Position numbers and translations under genes: made by a program. DNA of 64,000 nt from a virus, in IMG/VR virus record IMGVR_UViG_3300035703_000054, positions 15,267-79,266 of that record; one strand, given 5' to 3'. Within the stretch, counting starts at the first letter, position 1; the number at the start of each line of letters is the position of its first letter. A model generated the notes under the pieces. The model had not been told where the DNA came from, ran no database searches, and saw only the letters and a list, made by a program, of their open reading frames with translations. Of this stretch, positions 57,411-64,000 are shown piece by piece.

Positions 57411-58566
57411 GGGTATCGCAGTGATTCTGCAGGGTTTGCTGCAGTTTAACTCCAGAGCTACGCGTGCCCGCAGACATCCTTAGTTTGGATCCATCCAGTA
57501 GTTCTGAAACTTTATCCCTCACTGTCGTCATGTCTTTAGCGTACTTGCGTACCTGTATCACATACTCATTGAGCTCACTCAAACCTTTGACTCTGTACCG
57601 ATGGCTGTGCGTGCTGTACTCAGCCATGATGCCCGCCGCTGCTCTTTTTGCGTCGGCGAACACCTTGTCCGCCGTGGGAATCTCTTGCTCCAGGACTTCT
57701 TTGATAATGTCCTGATCCTCTGCTGACTGGTACACGATGTGAACCAGACTACCGTGCATATGCTCAGGGAATAGTTCGTCGTCCCCCTGTACAACCGCCC
57801 AAGCTTTGAGGAACTTAAGGATCTGAACGCGGCGACGGTCGCTGATTGTGATCGCTCGTGTCCCCAGCATCTCCCACACAGAACTGAACTTATCCAGGAA
57901 CTCATCCGACACGGAGATCTGATCAGCTTCAGATTGCAACTCAGCCAACTCAGCGAGGGTCAGATGCTCCCCGACAACAGGCCGTTTTTCGAGACCCAGA
58001 CTCCATGCGTCTAGCCTGCGCTTAGACACTGGTTTCTGCAGGAGGTTAACTGTCGGGCGGAACAGAAAACGATCAGCGAAAGCTTGCAGCGATTCTTCGT
58101 CTGGCCAGCTGTTAGTCGCGGCGATGATCGATTGAATGGGAGTCTTGATGTTCTCTTTGCCGTTGTTGAATGTCCTCTCGTTTAGAAGAGTGAGCAAGGA
58201 GTTCAGGATGGCAGAGGATCCCCGGAATAATTCATCCAGGAATCCTATGTGCGCTGTCGGTAGGTAACCTTCGGTGTCACGGGTGTATTCATCGGCGAGA
58301 AGTTTAGTCACCGCAACTGGACCGAACACCTCCGACGGATCCGTTGTGGGGGTGAGTAAGTAGCCAAAATAGTTAGCGCTGGTGATGCCTCCGCATACGC
58401 TCCGCACGAGATCTGATTTGCCCGTACCAGGCACACCCAGAAGGAAAGCATTCTGCTTACTCAGGAGTGATGCAAGCAATCCGTCAATAACTGGACCGCG
58501 TTCCAGATGTGCTGCGCCCAGTGCGCCGCGGAAGTTTTGCAGTTTGGTGAAAAGTTGATCGTTCAT
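57379..58566 (-). CDS. MoxR-family AAA+ ATPase (RavA-like)
   Basis: Walker A GVPGTGKS, TPTTDPSEVFGP, Walker B FLDELF, ILNSLLTLLNER, AFADRF, ISDRR. Confidence 0.9.
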   Translation of the reverse strand: MNDQLFTKLQNFRGALGAAHLERGPVIDGLLASLLSKQNAFLLGVPGTGKSDLVRSVCGGITSANYFGYLLTPTTDPSEVFGPVAVTKLLADEYTRDTEGYLPTAHIGFLDELFRGSSAILNSLLTLLNERTFNNGKENIKTPIQSIIAATNSWPDEESLQAFADRFLFRPTVNLLQKPVSKRRLDAWSLGLEKRPVVGEHLTLAELAELQSEADQISVSDEFLDKFSSVWEMLGTRAITISDRRRVQILKFLKAWAVVQGDDELFPEHMHGSLVHIVYQSAEDQDIIKEVLEQEIPTADKVFADAKRAAAGIMAEYSTHSHRYRVKGLSELNEYVIQVRKYAKDMTTVRDKVSELLDGSKLRMSAGTRSSGVKLQQTLQNHCDTLARAISDISK

Positions 58567-58787
58567 GACTTTGTTGATTGGGGTTTGTAACCGACTGGAT
58601 GGGGAAAAGGAATGCAGTGCATGTTTACCCTGCACTCTGTCATCAGGAATTTAGCCAGAGCCGCCAGTTTTTTGACGGCGGTATCGTGTTCGACGAAAGT
58701 TACGGCCTCGAGAATGTCAGGCGTGTACCTCTCGATGTCACATAAATATCCTTTGGGTGACTCGATTACGTAAACAAGTCGATCCAT
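58563..58787 (-). CDS. Hypothetical protein
   Basis: Coupled to flanking genes. Confidence 0.5.
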   Translation of the reverse strand: MDRLVYVIESPKGYLCDIERYTPDILEAVTFVEHDTAVKKLAALAKFLMTECRVNMHCIPFPHPVGYKPQSTKS

Positions 58788-60013
58788 TAGAAGTCCACCT
58801 CGGCAGCTTTGAATTCTGTTTGCTCGGTTTCTGTTTCTTGGGGGCGAGTTGTAAGTTCCGACAGAAGTTCATCTAGATTTTCGCCAGCCTCGCCGATGAG
58901 TTCTTTGCGCTGGTTGATGAGTTTTTTGAGCTGCTTGGAACGCTGTGCATAAATGTCTAGTTCCAGGTTTGCATCTTTGACCAAAAGATTAAGGGCGCCG
59001 ACATTCTCGGCAGCGTTGATGCGCTCACATAGAGTTTTGTACTGAGAGGAGAGTGCTAGGGACTTCTTGAGCTTTTCTAATCCTTTAGACGCATCTCTGT
59101 CTCCGCAGATTCCTTCCAGTTCGTCGCGTATTGTTTGCTGAACGTTGATGAAATCTTCTGCCGCCTTCTGCCGCGTGGCTCGATCATCAGCTTGGATTCT
59201 CGTGCCTGCGTCCAGAAGCTCGGCCGCAAGGTCAGCCAGTTTTTCGAAGCCAGGGACGGAGTCGCTTATGAGCTGAAGCTTCTCTGCCGTCAGCTGCCAG
59301 GATCCCCGCTTTTTAGGCGAACCGGTTTGCTGTCTGCCAATCTTGTGCGAACCACGAACATCCAGATCGTCCAACAATTCTGCGCTGATTTGCAGAGCTT
59401 TATCGGCGGCGTTGTTTCTCGCCGCTTCTAAAACTTGCTGTGTGTTGATCTGGTTTTCGTAGGCGAGAAGGGAAGCGAGGTCTCCTTCAATTGGTTTGTC
59501 GACTTTCTCAAGAGAGATTGGCAAAGGTCCCAGGACCGACACGCGGATAGGCGCTCGGTATTCTTCCTGTGTGGGAAATAACCGCAGGTAAGCTTCGTGA
59601 GCTAGACGGAACTCATCATCTTCCTTGAATAAAGGACGCAGAATGTTATACGCAGTCTGATGCCAGGCGTCGTACTCTTCCTGCCAGAGATCCTTCAGCC
59701 TCTCGTTAGCCTCTTTCGCAGCTTTACGGATGTCCTTTATCAGAGCGTTAGCGCACTGAAAATAGTTAGAAGTGACAAAGTGAGAATCGCCGTAATGAAT
59801 GCAATAGCTGTCATACAGTTCACGCTGCATGACACGAAGTGCATCCAGTTCTGCTTTGAGGGAATTCGAAAGATTCGGGCGAAGACTGACGGTGTTGTTT
59901 TGTTCAAGGGTTTCAATTACCGACTGCGGCAACTTGAGATCGTCAAACTTAATTTGCACTGACTGCCTTACATCGGCAGAGATCGAACAAGCAAGCAGAT
60001 AATGCGAGGTCAT
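58787..60013 (-). CDS. DUF3150-like helical protein
   Basis: Pattern LDALR..RELYDSY...HFV...YDAW...FPTQEEYR and position upstream of the AAA/VWA pair. Confidence 0.45.
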   Translation of the reverse strand: MTSHYLLACSISADVRQSVQIKFDDLKLPQSVIETLEQNNTVSLRPNLSNSLKAELDALRVMQRELYDSYCIHYGDSHFVTSNYFQCANALIKDIRKAAKEANERLKDLWQEEYDAWHQTAYNILRPLFKEDDEFRLAHEAYLRLFPTQEEYRAPIRVSVLGPLPISLEKVDKPIEGDLASLLAYENQINTQQVLEAARNNAADKALQISAELLDDLDVRGSHKIGRQQTGSPKKRGSWQLTAEKLQLISDSVPGFEKLADLAAELLDAGTRIQADDRATRQKAAEDFINVQQTIRDELEGICGDRDASKGLEKLKKSLALSSQYKTLCERINAAENVGALNLLVKDANLELDIYAQRSKQLKKLINQRKELIGEAGENLDELLSELTTRPQETETEQTEFKAAEVDF

Positions 60014-60154
60014 TTGTGTTAGTTACAGGGTGTTGATGTTGCGACTAAGAAGCAACCCCCTCGCCTGGAGGGGGCTCAGCTTTTTAGCTCTGGGAAACCC
60101 TAGCTCGATCGCCAGGAAAATGCAAGCAGTTCACACAGTTGCCTGAGCTGCTCC

Positions 60155-60580
60155 CTACTTCTTAAGCCGCGTGAAGGCAAGAACGATTTTGTCGGTCGTC
60201 TGATCGCACTCGCCTGTAAGCACAAGAGCTTCGGCGGCGTGCTTGAGCTGCATTTTTGCAACCTTCAGCTCTTGCTCCAGCTTGTTCACCTTTGCGGATA
60301 GCTTTTCCAGTTTGTCGTGCGACGTGGGAACCCGGCTGATACGGACAACAATGTTGGTGTTGTGCTCGGGGAACCGGAAGCGGCTCTTATCCCCGGAAAA
60401 CACAGACAGATCGAGACCTGCGTTTTCCGCAGCGGTCACATCGCGGAGCAGATTGTCTTTCGCGGCTTCGTACGGTGCTCCGAAAGATTCGTTCAGAGCT
60501 TTCAGTGCGGTATCGCACTCGTCGTAAGCTTCGGCAGCGATGGCGCCGAGCTCTACGAGGTCGGTCGTTTTGATGGTCAT
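60155..60580 (-). CDS. Hypothetical coiled-coil protein
   Basis: 141-aa ORF preceded by a TGcTAGTAT extended -10-like site. Confidence 0.6.
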   Translation of the reverse strand: MTIKTTDLVELGAIAAEAYDECDTALKALNESFGAPYEAAKDNLLRDVTAAENAGLDLSVFSGDKSRFRFPEHNTNIVVRISRVPTSHDKLEKLSAKVNKLEQELKVAKMQLKHAAEALVLTGECDQTTDKIVLAFTRLKK

Positions 60581-60667
60581 GTTGATGTTGGTAAGGGTGT
60601 GTGCACCACGTTTTGTTCGGTCGGTGCCACCGAGAGCATACTAGCACACTCAGTGCTTTTACGATCC

Positions 60668-60730
60668 TGGAGACCTCGCCGAGAGAATCGAACTCCGCAC
60701 ATGCCCACAGGGCAGCCACCAGGCGCGAGG
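60668..60730 (-). other. Degenerate tRNA-like element
   Basis: Minus strand CCTCGC...GGAG-TTCGATT-CTCT..GCGAGG-TCTCCA: T loop, acceptor-like stem and CCA; D arm and anticodon loop non-canonical. Confidence 0.35.
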
Positions 60731-60741
60731 GAAGCGGTGAG

Positions 60742-60921
60742 TCAGCGTTTTAGATAGACGGCGACGCTATTGGGGTTTGCGATCTGATTCATCTGCATGA
60801 ATACGTACTTAGCGTCACGTGGGTTACGAGCTTCTACAGACCCGCTGAATCTCCACTCTTTCCGATGAGCCTTCGAGAAGACATCGAATGTTTGCAGCTT
60901 GGTTTCACCGGGGTTTGGCAT
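60742..60921 (-). CDS. Small hypothetical protein (59 aa)
   Basis: Manual translation MPNPGETKLQTFDVFSK...VAVYLKR. Confidence 0.5.
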   Translation of the reverse strand: MPNPGETKLQTFDVFSKAHRKEWRFSGSVEARNPRDAKYVFMQMNQIANPNSVAVYLKR

Positions 60922-61102
60922 CAGCGCTCGTTTTGGTCTTTCCGAACTATAGCTACTCTTTTGTAGCCTCCGCTACTTTACGTAGTTGCTTGGGTTTGCT
61001 TGTGACTTCTGTACGTCTTCGTACATCAGTTCGGTTAACTTGCACTTAATAAAAAGTTTTTATTTAATTGAGCTACTTAACGTAATTTGCGCCTCCTATC
61101 AT

Positions 61103-61127
61103 AAAAAAAAACCCGAGCGAACTCGGG
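61103..61127 (-). terminator. Intrinsic terminator
   Basis: Minus strand CCCGAG-TTCG-CTCGGG followed by T9. Confidence 0.85.
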
Positions 61128-61146
61128 CTTTTCCTTTACCTGATGC

Positions 61147-61896
61147 TTAACTCTCCACTACAAGTTTCGTGATGTTGTAGTGTTTAATCCAAGTGACCAG
61201 TTTAATTGTTGCCTCGGCGGACGGTAGTCCTATGCAGCCACTAGTCCCTGACTCTCCGTTTAGTTTTCCCCAGCTCGGATCCTGATGGAAGCCCAAGGCT
61301 GATCGCCCCGTGGTAAACATCGGCGTAACAGGAACCCAGTAACCTCTACCTAATTCCGGGTCGTCGAAAGGAGCTGAGGCTACCCCTGTTCGATCAATTC
61401 TGTAAGTTCCTTTGGGTAGCGGAGATTTGTTTCCTGCTGTATTTCGATTAGCTGTCTGTCTATTAGCTCGGCCCGTCAATGCCGGCATAGTCTCTAGAAC
61501 TACGTTTTGATTGTTGACGAGTTCAAGCGACCAAATAGGATCTTTGGTTTCTTTAACTAATTTATCTGTCTTCTTCAGTATCAAAAACGCTTTTGTGCTT
61601 GTATTCGTCCGCGGCGGACTCACTCCAGGCCGTATCTGGATGGACGGCGTTGCCGATCCCGGTTCTTGAGGAACACCAGGCAACGGACTTGCATCTAAAG
61701 GCATCAAACCTTCAGGCAGTTGTGATGCTGCTGGACCTGACGTCTGCTCAAGCGGGGATACTTGAGCGTACATCATTTGCCTTAGATGTTCTTCTTGTGC
61801 GTCGTGATGCGCAATAAGCTGCGCACCTTGATGCAGCCCAACAGCAGTGACTACACCAGCCACTGTTCCAATGATCGCAAACATTCTGATTTTCAT
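61147..61896 (-). CDS. Membrane-anchored YkuD-like L,D-transpeptidase domain protein
   Basis: N-terminal TM; PLPKGTYRI, ALGFHQD...GTSGCIGL (His..Ser-Gly-Cys). Confidence 0.7.
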   Translation of the reverse strand: MKIRMFAIIGTVAGVVTAVGLHQGAQLIAHHDAQEEHLRQMMYAQVSPLEQTSGPAASQLPEGLMPLDASPLPGVPQEPGSATPSIQIRPGVSPPRTNTSTKAFLILKKTDKLVKETKDPIWSLELVNNQNVVLETMPALTGRANRQTANRNTAGNKSPLPKGTYRIDRTGVASAPFDDPELGRGYWVPVTPMFTTGRSALGFHQDPSWGKLNGESGTSGCIGLPSAEATIKLVTWIKHYNITKLVVES

Positions 61897-62411
61897 TAGA
61901 GATTACCTGGACCGACTTGAGGAGCCGGCGGGGGCGGAGGATCGAACGGAGCGTCCAAGTTACCTGGCCCAGTCGGCGCCCTCGGGGGCGTGGGAGAAAC
62001 CACAGGGGGAGGAGCTGACCGCTCGGGTTCCTTAGGTTGGGGAGCTGGTTGCTGCTCTTCGGGTTGGGGTTCCGATTCGCTGGGTTTATCTGATGTTTCT
62101 GTTGACTGTGTCGAAGGCTGAGTCTCTTGAGACGCGCCCTTCTTCCTCAGCCACTCAGCTCTTGCTGTTTCCTCTGGAGAAGGTTCAAGTCTGCCCTCTC
62201 GGTCGGGAGATGCACCCGGCACCAAGGCGGATACAACCATACCCAACAAGCTAACCCCGACGGATGCCGCCATGAAAGCAGCAACGCCGACGCCAACCCA
62301 GACTACTTTACGTAACATTGTTAACGACAAAGGTAGTCTGAGCGTTGCCAACCTACTAGGCCGTTGTACTCGACTTTGTACCAACGCATGCCGTCTCCTC
62401 CCCATACCCAA
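61896..62411 (-). CDS. Proline-rich membrane-anchored protein
   Basis: Hydrophobic VVWVGVGVAAF...LV, then P/E/Q-rich tail; true start probably MLRKVV. Confidence 0.6.
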   Translation of the reverse strand: MGMGRRRHALVQSRVQRPSRLATLRLPLSLTMLRKVVWVGVGVAAFMAASVGVSLLGMVVSALVPGASPDREGRLEPSPEETARAEWLRKKGASQETQPSTQSTETSDKPSESEPQPEEQQPAPQPKEPERSAPPPVVSPTPPRAPTGPGNLDAPFDPPPPPAPQVGPGNL

Positions 62412-62596
62412 GTGAGCACGCGAACGTAAGAATCTGCGGGGATGGATGCAATTACATAGTTGTTGCGGTTAGGACCGTTGCGCAGGTTGACTGAGCTATT
62501 CGGATCGCGAGTACAAGTTGTTGCGTACGATTGTGCGTTTGCCGCAGAGCCCCACGTGGTTAGTACGAGCGCCGCTAAGGCTACCAGTGTCTTCAT
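62321..62596 (-). CDS. Secreted SH3b-domain protein
   Basis: Signal peptide (..AANAQ), VNLRNGP, WYKVEYNGLVGW.RSDYL. Confidence 0.8.
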   Translation of the reverse strand: MKTLVALAALVLTTWGSAANAQSYATTCTRDPNSSVNLRNGPNRNNYVIASIPADSYVRVLTWVWGGDGMRWYKVEYNGLVGWQRSDYLCR

Positions 62597-62620
62597 TTGT
62601 TTAGAGATTTGGTTTTGAGT

Positions 62621-62839
62621 TTAGTCGTTATCAGGAAAGATAAAGTTTTCATGTAGCTCACCCATGACGCAGTTAACGATGGAGTCGACCACTGCTTCGT
62701 CCGTTGGATTCTCTGTGTGCTTACGTGCCCGGTGGTATCCGCGATGCACACCAGCTTCGATTGTTTCTTCGAAGAGCTTATAGAAACGAGGTGTAAGCAT
62801 TGTCAGCGTCCCTCCCAGAGTTTGTCGGTGAACTGCCAA
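62621..62839 (-). CDS. Small hypothetical protein
   Basis: Early-region ORF. Confidence 0.5.
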   Translation of the reverse strand: MAVHRQTLGGTLTMLTPRFYKLFEETIEAGVHRGYHRARKHTENPTDEAVVDSIVNCVMGELHENFIFPDND

Positions 62840-63012
62840 ATGTAAGCTACGAGAAGTTCGTCGACTTCAAGGCCAGCAAACTGGGCTTCCCTTTTAAACT
62901 TGTCGTCGAATAGAAGATGGATGAGCTTTGGTGAGATTTGGACAGCTACTTCATCTCTGAAAGCTTGTCTGTACTCATCTGCAGTTAGTTCGATTTCGGG
63001 GAACATGATCAT
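62803..63012 (-). CDS. Small hypothetical protein
   Basis: Early-region ORF. Confidence 0.5.
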   Translation of the reverse strand: MIMFPEIELTADEYRQAFRDEVAVQISPKLIHLLFDDKFKREAQFAGLEVDELLVAYIWQFTDKLWEGR

Positions 63013-63161
63013 CTGTGTTTGAAAACAACGTCAGCGTACAGGCAGAGAATTCCTGAGATCGTAAAGATAAGATTCCAGGGGAAGGCCGGTGTGCACGCTG
63101 TTAGCACAAAGCATACAGCAGCCAGCACTAGGCAGAGATTAAATCGGGAGCGGTGGGACAT
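63009..63161 (-). CDS. Small two-TM membrane protein (50 aa)
   Basis: Manual translation MSHRSRFNLCLVLAAVCFVLTACTPAFPWNLIFTISGILCLYADVVFKHR; ATGA coupling with next gene. Confidence 0.5.
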   Translation of the reverse strand: MSHRSRFNLCLVLAAVCFVLTACTPAFPWNLIFTISGILCLYADVVFKHR

Positions 63162-63254
63162 GCGGTGCGGAGAATTAAAACAGTCTTCGACGGGTTTCAG
63201 TTGGATTCCTGATAAACAACTTTTATTGAGAATCTTGATTGTTTTAGGAGTGTT

Positions 63255-63479
63255 TTACTGGGTTTTACAGTTAGCTTCGAGTTCATCTGCAATCTCAAAG
63301 AGGTTGGGTAGATACACATAGTGTCCTTCGCTGTCGTCAGGAACTGATTGCTCTGCAGCAGCACGAATGGCGGCGGCGAGTGCTCTCCTGTCGGTTGTCG
63401 TAACTACACACTCGTCCTCCAGGATGGATTCGTACGCACTCCACACCGTTTGCGCGGCTGGGGACAGTTGTCGCTTCAT
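63255..63479 (-). CDS. Small phage protein, LSPAAQ family (paralogue 1)
   Basis: LSPAAQ.V...AAA.RAAA...IADELEA. Confidence 0.65.
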   Translation of the reverse strand: MKRQLSPAAQTVWSAYESILEDECVVTTTDRRALAAAIRAAAEQSVPDDSEGHYVYLPNLFEIADELEANCKTQ

Positions 63480-63691
63480 TTGTCCAGCTCTTTGACAAGT
63501 TTCTTAAGTGCTTTGTATTCTCCCCAGGTTAATTTGAAAGATTGATCACCATGGGCACTTAGATGTACGTCAAAGCCTTCGCCGTTATTCCACAGCGATA
63601 CTTCGATGAAGTCGTGATCTTTAGCTAAGTGGTCAAACTTTTTCAAAGACGCAAAGGCTGCGTCGAGTTTGTAGAAGGTGATGTCTGTCAT
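63476..63691 (-). CDS. Small hypothetical protein
   Basis: ATGA coupling. Confidence 0.55.
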   Translation of the reverse strand: MTDITFYKLDAAFASLKKFDHLAKDHDFIEVSLWNNGEGFDVHLSAHGDQSFKLTWGEYKALKKLVKELDK

Positions 63692-63703
63692 GAATGGGTT
63701 TGA

Positions 63704-63955
63704 CTACTGGGCTTCAAGTTCGTCAGCGATGGCGAGAAGATCGTCTACCTCGATGATGCGTGGGTACAAATCCTCAAACTCGGCACCTGGAGCACGGCTT
63801 TCGCCAAGCTGATCCGCAGCAGCACGCAGGGCGGCGGCGGCAACCTGCCGGTAATCAGGAACGCCACTGAGGGCAGTCTGTTGCTCAGCCATCGCTTTGT
63901 GCGTGGCGTAGAGCACTGCCTGCGCGGCGGGGCTTAGCGGGGTGAGGTTAGTCAT
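63704..63955 (-). CDS. Small phage protein, LSPAAQ family (paralogue 2)
   Basis: LSPAAQAV...AAAALRAAADQ...LLAIADELEAQ. Confidence 0.65.
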   Translation of the reverse strand: MTNLTPLSPAAQAVLYATHKAMAEQQTALSGVPDYRQVAAAALRAAADQLGESRAPGAEFEDLYPRIIEVDDLLAIADELEAQ

Positions 63956-64000
63956 CGAGCTGCTGCATTTGTTTTTCCATGTGCTCTGCCCACGCCAACA

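Noticed and set aside
60045-60110. Hairpins CCCCCTC/GAGGGGG and GGG-AAA-CCC upstream of the DUF3150-like gene
   Set aside because: Could be a terminator or RNA element, but the T run and orientation are ambiguous and there is too little evidence to call
61048-61064. AT-only inverted repeat AATAAAAA-G-TTTTTATT
   Set aside because: Expected by chance in an AT-rich promoter region

Overview
A 64-kb segment of a dsDNA tailed phage genome, most likely a cyanophage (two NblA-like genes, speD, thyX, cyanophage-type hypothetical proteins). About 0.3-40 kb is mainly a plus-strand virion morphogenesis and lysis arm (terminase large subunit, portal, probable scaffold, major capsid protein, tail/fibre proteins, SLT-M23 virion hydrolase, lysozyme-C39 endolysin). 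About 42-64 kb is mainly a minus-strand replication/early arm (primase-helicase, PD-(D/E)XK exonuclease, SSBs, family A DNA polymerase, MoxR AAA+/VWA/DUF3150-like module, secreted SH3 and YkuD-like proteins). Highlights: (1) the major capsid gene is split by a 995-nt group I intron whose core pairings can be read from the sequence and which encodes a two-motif LAGLIDADG endonuclease; (2) three to four glycosyltransferase genes co-occur with a strong Ser-Gly dipeptide enrichment restricted to accessory virion proteins, suggesting a virion glycosylation system; (3) two divergent nblA-like genes; (4) a Dps-like gene; (5) a tyrosine-recombinase C-terminal remnant and a tRNA-like remnant missing from the ORF track; (6) two methyltransferase-like genes without the catalytic motif; (7) a 503-nt dual-coding overlap between portal and scaffold. 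All family calls come from motif recognition by eye, not from database searches.
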